Below are positions 12,826 to 26,755 of a DNA stretch of 64,000 nucleotides, one piece after another. Under the pieces are notes generated by a model, which worked only from the letters and a program-made list of their open reading frames with translations, was not told where the DNA came from and did no database searches. Origin of the DNA: Hydrolagus colliei (Eukaryota); NCBI GenBank assembly GCA_035084275.1, contig CM068754.1, forward strand, positions 14,446,001 to 14,510,000. Direction: 5' to 3'. The position numbers and the translations under genes are program-made. Each line of letters begins with the position of its first letter. Position 1 is the stretch's first letter.

Positions 12826-14849
12826 GAACCAGGTCTACACTATCAACCAGTCATTTCCACATTGCTTTCCGTAGCCGAGATCTGAAATTGGAAATGAAAC
12901 GTTGAGAGAATTCATTGGTTGAAAAAAAACGTATTTGTGAGTCATCTGAGGGCTATTTGGTTGCCTCTTGATACCTTCACCTTATCATCGTTTAAGCCAT
13001 GTTTCCTTCTGATTATAATTCCAGGGCAGAAGCACAATAGATTTTTGATGCTCTCAACTCACACATTTTACCACATTTCCGCAGGACGATTTTGGTTGCA
13101 CATCAAAAATGCATTCACTGTTCAAAATCCAGCCCTTTGGATTAATCGGCTATTCAGAAGCTCAAACACCAACAAGTAGGCTTTATCACTTTTTTGTGCC
13201 TGGCTGCATAAATTACTCTCATAGTGCCCTATTTAGCAAAGCATTGCCTTGAGTGATCTTCGTAACTTTCATCTGGCATTGCTCAGCCTCCCCTAGGCTC
13301 CTCTGAAGTCCAAAACAACTCTTAAACTGCAACTTAGGCCAACATCACAATGAACAAATTGAATTAAACTTGGCTTGTATTGTTAGATTTTTAGTATCCA
13401 TCAATATTTTAAGTCTGCTAAATATTTAAATGATTTCTGCATCGACAGAAAGCAACTTGAAGCCGAGGCAACTCTGAGTAACCAGGTACTTTTAATCCAG
13501 TTCTTTGTGTTAACGTTTCTACTGCCGATTTAACATTATACAACCCAAGTACAGCACCCATAGCACCATTGGAAAAGAGAAGGGAGATTCTCCTGTTTTC
13601 TGGTGAATTGGCTTTTCACTTCATGACTGTTCAGTGCCTTGGGATGTCCTCCCGACTTGAAGGGCCCCCCTATAAATGTAATTTTGTTGTTGTTTTGAGG
13701 GACTTTGCTATCATCTTTACCTAAAGATACCATCACTACATACAAATTTGAGACTTTTTGATATGGAACATCTACATCAAATGCAACAATTGTTACGAAA
13801 TTAAATTACACTGGAATTATTTTTGTTTAAAAAAAACACTTGATGGAAACGTTGTGAGGAGGTATGAGAGGGAGGCAGTATGGTGGGTAATTCTGGAAGG
13901 ATGGGATTGGAGAAATCAAACAAACTTCTTCAATTCATCGTCTCTGGTGATTTGACACAGGGCTTGTTTGCATTTTTGTCCATAAATATTACAACGATAA
14001 TGATACATTGAGCCACACAATTCAAATGGTAAGGTGGATACACTCTGCATTCTATTTTTTAAAATGTAAATGTATTTTTTTAAATATTCTGCATTTGATA
14101 CAATAAAGAAACTCAACAAAAGGCAAAATACATCTCCCTTTAAATTTTGCTATCGTCTCCAGAAACAAACATGATATCCTTTCCTTGTTACATGATACAC
14201 TGCACCTTTTATTGCTTCACAGCAAGTCATGAAGTGCTGCAGTTGTGTGTGGCTGAAGTGAAGAATGCTTCACTGTAGCTAGCTTAGCTTTTATGTCCAC
14301 AGGGTTAACATGCATTTGAATTCAATTTTTACACTCCTAGTGAGGCGCAAAGATAAAAATTTGAACTAAACCAGAATATTAAACAGTGTTTGGGGAAATA
14401 TTTACCTCTACCATTAAGCTTTAATCCCCAATAAAGAGGTTAAGATTAAACCAAAGATCTTTCACCGCAGGTGATTTAACTCCGCTAAAGTATAAAAGCA
14501 TGGAAACAATTATTTAAATCAGCTAATCTATGTCAAGATAGCGCACACAGTGATATCTCATTTATTACTCGGGGTTTTGATCCTGGTGAATAGCTGCCTC
14601 TGGCAGGTCAGCAGGGGGATGATGTCTTTGGTCGGGCTACAGTGATTTCAGGCTAGTTGCCAAGTCAGAGCTGTCTACACACGATAAATACAGTGAATGT
14701 GAAAGCGAAATACTTCTTTCAGAAGAATCAGTTAAACTGAAGTAAAGTGGTTGGTTTCGTTCTCTGTGTTACTATGAAACAGATACAATCTGGAAGCCAT
14801 AATCTTGCCTTCCCTTCTGATTTATTTAAAAAAACACTTCTTCAAAGAC

Positions 14850-15245
14850 AGCATTGTCAGAGATGAGATTATTTGGATGACTCTATAAACCGAGGTCCTG
14901 TCTGGGTGTTCAGGTGCACTTGAAAGATCCCATGGCATTTTTGAAAGGAGAAAGAAGTTCTAGTTTACCTGAACAATCCCCCAGATTTAAAAAAAAGTGA
15001 CTCAATTCATGGCTGTTGTGAGATGTTGTCCTATAAAGGACATAGCCACTATACTTTACAGTATATCCTATAATAATAATATTCCTTGCATTTGATATAC
15101 CGCCTTAACACATCTTTGAGATGTTTCAAAGTGCTTCACAGAATATACTGTAAAGTGAATTAACTGAATATTTTGTGGGAAAAACGTTTGCAGTGCTTGG
15201 AGACATCCTACCGATGTGAAAGGTGCTATATCAAATGTGATTGTT
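14850..15245 (+). mobile_element. Older Deu-domain SINE carrying an antisense SINE tail at about 15070-15187
   Basis: ggatgactctataaaccgaggtcctgtctg...aaagatcccatggcattttgaa is Deu-domain-like. The host tail resumes at about 15190 (gtgcttggagacatcc...gtgaaaggtgctatatcaaatg). Confidence 0.75.
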
Positions 15246-15299
15246 TTTAAATGCAGGAAGGAAACTGAAAAGTGAAGAGTGTCAAAAAATATTGAAGTT

Positions 15300-16210
15300 A
15301 GAAAATTATTAAAATCATTGACTTAATGTAATGTGAATTGTATTGTAATTTAGATAAGGTGGATCTTATCACATTTCATAGTAGGAAGACTGAAAAATTA
15401 AGTGCAGTCTGTAGGATTCGTATTTACTTGTGGGTGCAGACAATCAGCGGGTTAATGTATTTCAGAAACCGATAGTGCATCATTATTGCTAAAAGTAACA
15501 TATACAATTAAACAAGGCATAGTTCATTAACTAAAGCATCACATGAAAACGTTGATGTTCCGTGCCAGCAATTTCCTTGTCAACAAGAATTCTAAGTTGT
15601 AAAAATAGATACTCCACATTGGGACTTAGCACAAAGAGCTTCTCCATGGTCCCTCTGAAGAGCTCAGTAAGGAATTGGGGAGATGGTAATTTGAGGATTT
15701 TGGATGGTACGTTTTAAATTTACAAGAAAAGTCATGGTTATACTGTGTTTGAAAGAATGCAAAGATAAAGCAGAGGAAAAGGTACTAGGCATTGAATCAG
15801 TGGGCTATGAAGAGGGAGCTAAATCAGTTGCCATTTGTACACAGTGAACACTATCTAAAATGCTGAAAAACAGGAAGGGAATTAGAGGATGGCTGCGGAG
15901 AAGCTCTTTATACTGAGCTCAAGGCCATTCATTAAAAGCTATGGGGAAATCAAGAGCTGAACACAGTACAAGAAGTAATTACACACTTCCCCGTTAGTTA
16001 TTATCCTGTACAGCAAATTGTAACACATTGAGCAAGGACTTGATTGATGCAATCAAATGTAAATGGATGGATTTTTGATCATTCAGGGAGCAAGGTGGAA
16101 AGACAGTGAAATTCCTCCAACTGTAAACCTGCTGCATAAACAGGATAAATTAGATAATAATAATCCTTGCATTTGATGGACTGAAAGGCCTGCTTCGTTC
16201 CTAGCTGTTT
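15300..16210 (+). mobile_element. Highly decayed CR1 ORF2 3' region
   Basis: Weak CR1-like segments ending in gatggactgaaaggcctgcttcgttcc. No intact ORF. Confidence 0.4.
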
Positions 16211-17706
16211 AAGTTCACAAATAGCGCGGCAGGCACCTGATCCACTGCAAATGATCCATTATTGGAATAAACCATCTCATTACGAGGATGGCTATGGAGA
16301 ATCCCCTGGAGCCAACGCAATAGGGGTTGTCATTCTGCTGTGGGCTAAGTATATCTGCAGGGCCAGGCAAATCAATGTTATTTGCTTACACATTTCAAAG
16401 AAGAATATAGTACAGTAACACATATTCATTTCATTTGACACCGTGTTGGGAGCTTGTTCAGTTTTAGCAAGAGAGTTGCTCTCTACATTTTAATAGAAAC
16501 AGCGCTTGATAGGAATATGTTATCCTGGAGTTGCTGCTTTGCAGACATCGTTCTGAGGCAGTGCTGCTATTGATCCATTATGGTTACACTGCGGCATCAG
16601 TAGGTTTTGAATACTCTCCTGCTGTCGTGTGCCCAATCCCATTGAGTTGAATGAGGCAGTTGTGCGCTCTCTTATCACCAACTGTAAACCTGCTGTGAAA
16701 AGCGGGTTAATGAGCTTAGGTCATGGACACCTAGAGGGTATGCTCTCGCCAACTGGCATCAGCAAATGTAGATTTAATGATGTTTGCTTTGCAGAAGTTA
16801 TCAGATGTAGGGAACATGAAGGTGTGCCTATTTAGAGGCTTCTACGGCACTAACCTGTTTAATGAATTTACCGACAATTAATAAATTTCCTGAAAGGTAT
16901 AAAATGCCTTCCACTCCAAAGGGCAACAAGACTCCCTGTTGGGCTGCAGTACATTTAGAGAACGAGTGCAGTGGTGTCGTTAATCTCAATCTGTTCTGAA
17001 GTAATACAAATCCTACCTGCAGATCAAGTGTTCAGGATTTTATTCAGAGCATTTCCAATTTGATTTATTTGGAAGATATATTATTGGGTGACTTTGCATT
17101 TGTGATCTGTTTGTGTTTCAGACTGCGGAGAGAGCAAAACTTACAGCAGCCGGGCCATAGGAAAGTCACTTTGATTTCCTCTCCACCACACTTTAGGGGC
17201 CACACGAGTGTCATAAAATCTAATTACAAATGTCAACAATACAAAGGCCATTCGCTGGAGCCATAATTCATTTTATGGGAAATGGGTCCACTGTGGCAGT
17301 CAGAATACTGGTTACTATTCCACGGCAGGAATGAATTGTTCTGTAATCCTTACAAAACTGCTAGAACAGACAGAATAGTGCAGAGGGATCCACAGAATTG
17401 CATCTTCCAAACAGATATTAAAGTGGATCAACGATACTAACAACCCCAGTATTTGGTATATAGTGCCTTTCACTGTGAGAGTCTGTCACAAAGATCTTCG
17501 CAGGATTTTGCTGGAAAGTGTAGTGACTGGGTATTTTGGAGTGAATACAATAGCTGATTTGCGTACAGCCACGTCCCATAATCTACATGCAAGACATTCA
17601 CATAAGCCAGATATTTCAAAATGCTTGTGGTGAGAAATTCCACCTGGATCTAATGTATAATTTTAGAGCATCCAGAATGTGGCAGTTTGTTGAATGTTGA
17701 ATTGAT

Positions 17707-17838
17707 AACAACAATAATAATCTTTGCAATTGATATGGAGCCTTATCACAATGTTGAGACGTCTCAAAGAGCTTCACAGAATATATTGTAGAGTTGATTG
17801 ACGGTGTATTTTGTGGGTACGACGTGGCAGCCGGTTGT
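17707..17838 (-). mobile_element. SINE 3' fragment
   Basis: aataataatctttgcaattgatatggagccttatcac...cttcacagaatatattgt...tttgtggg...ggcagcc. Confidence 0.85.
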
Positions 17839-18659
17839 TTCAATTGAAATTTTGTCTCAGTTTTTGTTTTTAATAATTTTCCAAATTCTGGACAATTTTA
17901 TTTTTTAAAAAGCCTAAAAAAACTGAGTGAATCCAGCTCCAGGTGGAATATCTCTCCATTTGTGATCGGCAGATTCTGCTGCACTGTTTTGTGATAAAGC
18001 AAATACTTGCTGCATGTCTACATTGGGTTTACTATAACTTCAATTGTAGGTTCTGTATATATTTGAATTGGATAATAATACAACATTTGGGACTCTTTCA
18101 GTTGAAATATGGGGATGCAATGGGGACTATGCAGCAGCAGTCTCCTTTATCTTCCAAAGACTAGCAGCCCACAAGGGGACTATTATTTCACTTAGAATTG
18201 ATACAATAAAACTATGAATGTGTACATACTGACTGGCTAATTGTTAGTGATGAAATCACCATGTGAGCAATTTCATGACTAAAATTGTAAAGTAATGAAT
18301 TCAGTATCTTGAAACCTCCCTTTGGAGTGAGAGTCCATTGGAGAGAGAAAATAAATTGCAAAGTTATATTTTTGTTAATTGCCATTTTACGTCACTACCC
18401 AGCGTGAAGTGTACTATATCAATTCAAATTGTTGTTGTGCATTATTACAATTAATATTAATATTCATTTTATTTTTCTGTTTAGCGTTTTCCTATTTTTT
18501 TTCATTTATTCTGGTCCCTCTGCACCTCCATCATCTTAGTTGGGAAAGTAGCATGAATAGCCTGCTTCATGAACACTGTGTTGATTAACTTCATAAGTCA
18601 TTCTATCATGTAGAGCATTTTTAGTGGCATCCAAGTCTCACCACAGGCAACATACAAAT

Positions 18660-18835
18660 CTCTTCATCAAAGGCAGAAAACCTGGCTGGTTTTCCCCTTT
18701 TTTATTGAGAGACAGTCAAGCAAACTGCAATGTCCAACTCCCATTGCCAAGTGAGATTAGTTAACTCAGCACAGTCCAGTGATTCAATACGGAGCTTCTC
18801 TGGTTTGCATTGCTCAATTATATACCATACAAGTA
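18660..18835 (-). mobile_element. Ancient tRNA-SINE-like remnant of a different family
   Basis: gagattagttaactcagcacagtccagtgattcaat...tctctggtttgcattgctca resembles an old shark SINE recalled from memory. Confidence 0.35.
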
Positions 18836-19535
18836 TTTTCAGGGAATAGTGTATGAATATACTATTATACGAGCAGTACATGATGCACTGAAAAAAATCA
18901 ATAACGCCTAGTCATTTTTATTTAATTCAATTTAATAGCCTAAAACAGATCTTGCATACTTTTCTACAGAGTAGTCGCTTCTTTGAAATGATTTTTTATT
19001 CAAAGTGCAGTCCAACGAGCTATTTCTAATCATAGATTAAATTCATCATGTAATTCACAAAGTTATAAATAGTTGAGGAAACGTAGCTTCTACAAGACAA
19101 TTCTGGTTGCTGAAGTTCAAATTGCATGTAAAACACTTCATGACTAATCCCTGTCTGAAAGGATATGTAAATTCTACTCCTGCATTCACTGGTTGAAAAG
19201 GGCAAGATTTTATTTTCACTCAAAAGCTTATAAATCTTTCAAAGCAGGAACATTCTCAACATTTAGTCGTAAGCATTGTCAAGTTGCGTGATGGCTATGC
19301 AGATAAGCAAGCATCATAGAGTGCTGAGCAAAACAAACAAGAAAGATCCCAGGTCGAAAAGTGAATAGATCAGATGTAGCCATGCTGTCAAGCGGAAAGT
19401 TCATAGTGAATACAGCAAAGGTATTCAAACTGAAGTAATAACTTAAAGGAAAGATAAGGTCGTGGTTGTCTGAGAACTAACTCTACAATAAGGCAGCATG
19501 GATTCGAACTGAGAAGTGGTTGAATTATATAACAG

Positions 19536-19845
19536 TAATAATAATCCTTGCATTTGATAGAGCGCTTTTCACGCCTTCTAGACATCTCAAATTGCTTCAC
19601 AGAATATACTGTAAAGTGAGTTGGCTGTATATATGTGGGCGAATCACAGCAGCCATATGCGCACAGCAGTGTCCCGCAAACAGTCGAGGATTGAATGACC
19701 AAACTGTTATTGTTTTTCTTTGGAGGGATTATTATCATCAGGTGTGTGGAGTAAGGAAACTTGCCCAAGGTTTCGCCCTGCCTGGAATTGAACCCAGGTC
19801 TCTCACTTGCAAGGCGAGTGCTCTAACCACTGAGCTACAGAACTC
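19536..19845 (-). mobile_element. Full-length tRNA-derived SINE with intact A and B boxes
   Basis: Reverse complement begins gagttctgTAGCTCAGTGGttagagcactcgccttgcaagtgagagacctgGGTTCAATTCC. Body and tail match 3506-3818. Confidence 0.92.
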
Positions 19846-19849
19846 CACA

Positions 19850-20076
19850 GGACTGTATATTACTCAGAAGGTGGTGAATATGTGGAATGGCTTACTTGAG
19901 GAGGATGTGGAAAGTGACTATGTCACCTAAATAGTTTGCCAATAACTTGGCAAGCTATTTAGTGAGGAAATCATTTGAGGTGTACAACTGACAGACCACT
20001 GTGGGGGACAATGTTGGGGCCAACAAGATGGGCTGTAATGGTCTTTTTCTAGACCTGTATATTCCTAATGTTCCTA
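19850..20076 (+). mobile_element. Decayed CR1 3' end
   Basis: actcagaaggtggtgaatatgtggaatggcttac (TQKVVNMWNGL); tail gatgggctgtaatggtct...ttcctaatgttccta. Confidence 0.7.
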
Positions 20077-20779
20077 TCAAAAACAACTTTATGAACCTCA
20101 TTTCTCCTATAAATGGTAACAGGCTACAGGAAATGAATGGGAAGTCTTTTCCTTCAAAAAAAGGACAGAGCTCTCCTGCCAAGCTGCTGCTACCTCAAGC
20201 AACAATAATGATGTCAATATGGTGTTAGGATGTTGTAGCAAGTGGAAGTGCCAATGCGTATTCAGAGACTCGTATAATTCAGATTTGATTTTCCTAGGGC
20301 TTTTGATGCTCCATAGTAGTGATTCAAGGGTAGCAAAACATGAACTTGCATTACTCACCTGCCCCCTTGGCAACAGGAGATAAGTGGTCTGCTGAGTGGG
20401 ACAAGAGATGAAGAAAAAAATAATAAGCCAGACAAAAATAGAAGGCAACAGGGTCTCAAAATAACTGGGTTAAAAGCTGTGTGAGACGGTTTTCAAATGT
20501 CAACCCCAAAACTGTGAAATCTTCCTTGTTCCTTTTATCTATATTCTCAACAGCATAATCTGTGTCCTATGATGGGAAAGACCCCGAAAGTTCACACATT
20601 GTTACAAGTGCAGCCTCACTAATGAATTGCACAGATAAATTGTCTTGATTTAGGTCAAACGTATGCAGACGCACCCCATGGAAAATTTAACTTCTTAGTG
20701 ACAGTTGGATATTATTAATATATGGTCAATGCTTGCCCACCCACCAAATTTTCTTTCTTTTCAACCTTTGCTAATTAAC

Positions 20780-21330
20780 GTTCATTTACTGTGTACCCTT
20801 TCCACATTGTCATTTCCATAGAAGTAACCTTATCTTAATTTACATTAAACATCTGCAATCCATCCGTATATCCTGTGAAGCGCTTTGAGATGCCTCAATT
20901 GATAAGGCACTATATCGGATGCAAGGATTATTATTCTTGCATTATTACTATGAATAACAGCTCAGTACCATCACATAGGTTCTAATTTTACAAGAAATAC
21001 TCTCTAGTTTCCCATTTGTGATTAGTATGACCTGCACACGACAAAGAGAGAGATCATTGCAAAAAAACTTTCGCTAGTTACTGCCTGCGCAGACATTTCC
21101 ACTTATCACTTTCTGCTTCCCATTGCTGAGGCAGTTTTCAATCCAGTTAACTAATTTGCCATGAATTTCATGAGCCTTAATCTTCTTTATAAGCCACCAA
21201 TGTAGAATTTATCAAATACTTTCTGAAAATCCAAGCAGTGGATTACTCTTGTCGACCAATTTAGTTATGTCCTTAGAGAATTCCAACAGATTTGTGAAGC
21301 ATGACCTGTTGCCTCCAAATCCATGCTGAC
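20780..21330 (-). mobile_element. Decayed CR1 RT fragment with a + strand SINE tail inserted at about 20865-20945
   Basis: ttatcaaatactttctgaaaatccaag is the reverse of LDFQKVFDK; gaattccaacagatttgtgaagcatgacct is the reverse of RSCFTNLLEF. Confidence 0.7.
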
Positions 21331-23402
21331 TTCCTTTTTGTCCGATACCCTTTAGATGAATACTGATCGCATTAAGAGACGGAAATCATTGCGAGGGAGG
21401 TGGGGATATTGTGTGTAAGATGGAAGAGGCGAATCAGGAGGGAATAAACATGCCGATGGTAAAAATAACACTGTGAAATAGGCAGACATAGTAGTTGAGG
21501 AGAGCAGAAATACTGCTTTGCAGACCACTGTCTAAAACCAGAGAAAGCCTCTTGGGAATTCTTGGCTAAGTGATAACCAAATTTAGAGGCCCACACATAG
21601 CAGTTGATGCCGTAATGCATTGTATAAATAATAATTTGAAAAGATTATTTTAAGATACAATTGGATAAGGTACTAAACTATATAAGCAAAGTATTGTATC
21701 AGCCAGTGCCAAGGAAAGAATGAGTATTTCCAAATGTTTCTATTTTGAACCGTTTCGGCTTTATAATATAATCACAGAATATACTGCAAAATGAATCGAC
21801 TGTATATTTTGTGGGTAGCACTCATGCCTCGGAGCTAAATGGTTGTGGGTTCAAGCCCTACATCAGGACTTTGAACACACATAGTCTAGGATAATTAACA
21901 GCTGGAACGTATTGCCAGGAAGTTAATGCGAGTCTGATTTCAAGTCTGAGACTGGCAATGCTGGCAATTCTGATCATCAAATTGATCAAAGGGCTTTGTT
22001 CAATCAAAACCGAACCGATCTTGTGATTGTGACAGGAAGCGTGGTAGAGTTACAGTGCTTTACCAATACCATATACGTACCTTGTAATTTAGTTGAATTC
22101 AACAGCTACATTAGGTAAATGTCATACCATGTAGGTCATTCAGAATCATTCAACCGTCTTGTATTATTTGATTATGCCTGCTGTGTAAGTCCTAAGTAAT
22201 ATCACTTGACAGGAAGAGAATGAGTAAGATCAACCTAGAGATTGGACCAAGGCCCAGAAATAGACCCAGGACCAACCACAAGTGCTCACTTTTGAGTTGA
22301 AACCAATGCTGTGTCTTTTGTACGATTTTGACAGTCTAAGTCAGCCAGTCAGCGCAATGCTTTACAGTTTTCTTGTCTACTCCTAGAGTATTCAAAGATG
22401 GTATAATGCTATTGCTGGATCCAGTGCTGTCAATTCAGTATCTGTTATAACTAGGATTTTAGTCAATCATTTTTGCGTGAAGTTAGACAATGGCATTAGC
22501 TGACTTGACACAGAATTCAATTTCTAACAAAGAGTTCAAGTGACTGAACATCATTTGGTGAATATTCAATTACTGTTCCTTATTTTGTAGCATCCATAAT
22601 ATATTTGAATAAAATGAAATCCCAGCATAGTTTAGATTTCAACTCTCAAAATGATTACAATACAGTGATGTTCGCAGTAACATCAAGACTTGTATTTCCA
22701 TATTTTAACAATTGGCATTCAAAATGATAATTGTGCAACAATTTAGAAAGTGCTAACAATAGAAAGTCCCAGTAATGTGCACACACTGGTTCTCAGCCCA
22801 AAGACGTCATAAAAGAGCAATGGGCTTGTTTAATGGGACATTTTCAGTTAGTCTGAAGGTTAAAATTCGGCATGTTCTTCTGTTTATTTTTTATGATACT
22901 CATCGATCTACCAAGTCTCCCAGCGAATCTCAGCAGCGTTTCCCAACACAATCTCTGCCTCCTTCTAATACAGTTTTTGCACCATTAGGTGATTGTTCAC
23001 CCCATCAACTCCTACAATGTACAGGAATCTGCAGTGTCTCAGATATCTAGAACCCCGAGATGGTTTTGACAATGTCACTTATGTGATGGTCAAACAAGTG
23101 ACCCTGTTTCACTTAAGGAACCATTATACCATTAAATCTGAGTCAGTGGGTAGAAGATATCAATTGAGGTTTATCACCAGAGAAAAGGAGATGTTAGGAG
23201 ATTTGTTTATATAAAAAACAGTTCATGTAAAATATCTTACTACAAAGAGTTGTTGAAGGGAAGTTGATGAAAAAACAGTTAAAAGAGGGTAGGATAAATG
23301 TGTAAAGAAGCTAATATTGAAGGTAAAGAGCAGATAGCTCCAATGGAAGAATGGGTAGGCCTACTGTACAGGCAAAGCCATGGCCACCTTCAGTGCTCTA
23401 AA

Positions 23403-23700
23403 CAATAATAATAATAATCCTTACATTTGGTTCACTGCCTTTCACATCAGAAAGACATCCAGAAATGATTCACAAGGGTTACTGTAAAGTGTAGTGACTG
23501 TGTATTTTGTAGATGAATTTGACAGCCAATTTGCACACAGCAATGTCCTACAAGCAGCCATGGAGTGAGTGACCAATTTTATTTGAGGGATTGTTGACCA
23601 GGACACGAGAAGAAAATCACTTTTCATTTCAAATAGTGCCATGAGATCTTTAACATCAATTTAAAGTCTCATTTGAAGGACACCACCTCCAATAGTATAG
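23403..23700 (-). mobile_element. Older Deu/SacSINE1-like SINE
   Basis: gacagccaatttgcacacagcaatgtccta...gagggattgttgaccaggacac...ttcaaatagtgccatgagatctttaacatc...ctcatttgaaggacaccacctcc. Confidence 0.85.
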
Positions 23701-25427
23701 CAAAGATTGTAGCTTTCGAATTCTATTCAAATGTTACATTTGTTGTGCAACCCTCTGGGTCAAAAAAGCATTTGGAATAGAGACATATCGGATTGAAAAT
23801 TCAACGACACACACACTTAGAAGGAGCAGGTGATTTATTTACAGCATATTGATTGGTTCATTTCTGAATAGCTCACAGTACCATTGATCATCAACCTTAC
23901 ATCAACCTCAAGTTCCACAGTTATCCTTTGCGGATCTACCACCATAAACTTTAAACATGCTCCCAGTTGAATCTCAGCTTTCAATATCACTTTGAATCTG
24001 TGATGCTCTGTTGTTGGTTCAATGTGGTGATTCAGTAATGAGCAAGGAGAAGCTGTTAAATTCTGTTTGCTTCGACATTAATCTGCCTTAGGACAAAACT
24101 ATTACTGAGGACATTTCTCTCCTGCAGCTGGAATCCTTAAATGGTCCTTGGGGCAGTTCAAGATTGTGGCCTTGTGTGCACTGTTGCATACTCAGCCCTG
24201 CTGAGTGTACTTTCTAGTCTTCTATTGTAAAGGTCAGAGAAAGTAAAACCTCACCTACTGTTCTGCTGTTGCTATACCAATGCCCGAGCAGAAGGTTCCC
24301 ACTGACAACTCATTGCTATAAACTGTTCCAGGTGGAGAAGGAGATCTGGAAAATGGTGCCTTGTACTGTTCCCAGCTTCTTGCCTCTCTGTTGCAGTCGG
24401 TCATGTTTTTGTTGGATTTCCCGATCTGTCGTTTATCGCCAATATTTTGAAATACATCCAGGATTTTATGCGACTAGAGACGCTCTCGTCACATGTACCC
24501 AATAGGAGGATACTTACATCAACTCACAGAGGCATGGAAGTGTTACCTCAACTAAACTGCAAATAAGCTGTTGGCCCTGGGATGTTAGTCAGGGAAATCT
24601 TGTTGAACAAAGTTTTTTGTTATGTGTGATGTTTCAGCAATATATATTTACCCTGCCATTCAGTTATTAAAACTCACGTATGACTTACTAAATCTGATAT
24701 GATTAATTTCAAGTAAATTATTGTTACCAAATCTAGCATTTGATGTGTGAACATTCAGTTCTCAGGAATGGTCAAGTCCGTTATAATTATTTCTACATAC
24801 TGTATATTGTATGCAAAGTACTGTACATGAAATTAACTTTCCATTATCCTTTTCAGGCCTGTAGTAGCATTTTTATACCATTCTTGATTAAATGATTTAT
24901 TTCCGAGTACAGTACATCAGGAATACTGCACTTTCCGTGCTTCATAATATTATGCCATACATAGTGTCTGAAATCTAGAAATCACTAGAAATCTATTGAA
25001 AATGATCTGCATAAAGAACAATGGAAACGCAAGGCCACCCAGTCCATTTTATCTGAAAGAGAGAAACATTTGCTGAATAAAGCTGCGCATGATTGGACCT
25101 CACACTGAAATGGAGCATTTGCATTCAGAAGATTTTGAAAAGGCTTGATGGAATTCAGTGTCGGAAAAGAAACCTATGTGATTGTGTTTTATTGTTACCA
25201 CAGTCCTTGCGCCTTGGAGGAAACTGAGTTGTATTGTTCTTCTCGTTGCCGAAAGAGTGAATCCAGGCTGTGGTAGGTGACAGCGCACTGGAGACACGTA
25301 TCAAATACCTGTACTCCTTTCACTGCCACAGTAGGTATTTGGAGCCAACGGATCATCATTTCTACTGATGGATAGCACTTCCATTGCCGGAATAGCCAAA
25401 TTGCCACGTTAGGTTGTTGACCTGGTT

Positions 25428-25727
25428 TATCTTTGCATTTGTTATAGCGCTTTTCATGTCTTCTGGACATCTCAAAGCGCTTCACAGAATATACTGTAAA
25501 GTGAATTGACTATATATTTGTGGGTGAAACGCGCCAGTGAATTGTGCACAGTGGTGTCCCAACAAACAGTCATGGATTAAGTGACCAAATGATTATTTTT
25601 TGTTATGAGGGATTATTATCAAGCATGTGAAGTAAGGAAACTTGCCCAAGGTTTCTCCCTGCCTGGAATTGAACCCGGGCCTCTCACTTGTAAGGTGAAT
25701 GCTCTAACTACTGAGCTTTAGGACTCC
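25428..25727 (-). mobile_element. Full-length tRNA-derived SINE
   Basis: Colinear with 19536-19845; ggaattgaacccggg...gctctaactactgagct. Confidence 0.9.
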
Positions 25728-26371
25728 TAAGAGATTATGATTCCTCTTTTGGGCTTTGAGAACAGAGACTTGGAACCTAAAAGGAGGAGTGCTGCCAACA
25801 GAGCCAGAGTGACATTTATATTTTATATGGGATAATAAGATGTCAATATTATGTGATGCAAATGATATTTCCTGTAACCACAACATATAAACATGATTCA
25901 ATATCCAAAAGCTCTTCAGTGTTTCTCTGTTAAAAACAAACAAAAACTACTGGCATATAAAGGGTTCCTGCAGCCTTCATTAATCTTAATAGATGCAGCA
26001 TTTTGAACAATGGCCAAAAAAAGTACAGTAGCATTAAAATCCATAGTATTGTACTGTATCAAAATGATTGATGCTCAATTCAACAGCTGAATTTGAGGAT
26101 AGGCAACCACTTTCTCTGTGTTAACTACAAACTCTAGATTAGCTTTTTTTTTAGGATGGTGGGGGGGGAGGTGAGCGAACATGTCATTTGGAAATGAACA
26201 TCTGTGATGTTGGCAGGACCGAATATTGGGTGGTAAGACACACACAGTCTTTCTTTGACTTTCCAAAAGTGTTTAATAAGATAGGCAAGGGTTCAAGATC
26301 GCTTCTTCCATGCAAATTCAATGTGGCCTTAAGGCCCCGACTACACAACTGGCACTTAATTAAATCAGTTA

Positions 26372-26755
26372 ATTAATCCTTGCACTTAGTAGAGTGCCAG
26401 ATCATGTCATCAAGACATCTCAAAGCACTTCACAGGATTTACTGTAAAGTGGATTGATTGTGTATTTTATGGGCGAACGCAGCAGCCAGTTTGCACAGCA
26501 ATGTTCCACAAACATCCATGCAGTCAGTGACCAACTTTATTGGGGGGATTATCGGGCAGGACACCAGGAGAAACTCTATATTCTTTTTGAATCTTTAATA
26601 GGCAGATGGTACCTAGGTTTAACATCTTATCTGGAGGACGGCAACCTCCAATAATGTGACCGCACCCCCAGCACTAAAACGGAGCATTAGCGTATACCTA
26701 GTGATTCCAAGCCCCGAGAGTGGGACTTGGAATGAACTTGCCACTGAACCAGGCT
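26372..26755 (-). mobile_element. Near full-length older Deu/SacSINE1-like SINE
   Basis: gcagccagtttgcacagcaatgttccacaaac...caggacaccaggagaaactc...ggtttaacatcttatctggaggacggcaacctcc...gagtgggacttg...ccactgaacca. Confidence 0.8.

Noticed and set aside
13040-13330. Very old L2 remnant (VQNPAL...)
   Set aside because: Similarity too faint to support without alignment.
19388-19930. 126-aa and 136-aa ORFs, plus similar peptides elsewhere (CKASALTTELQ, NARIII)
   Set aside because: Translations of SINE copies; the recurrence reflects the repeat, not a gene family.
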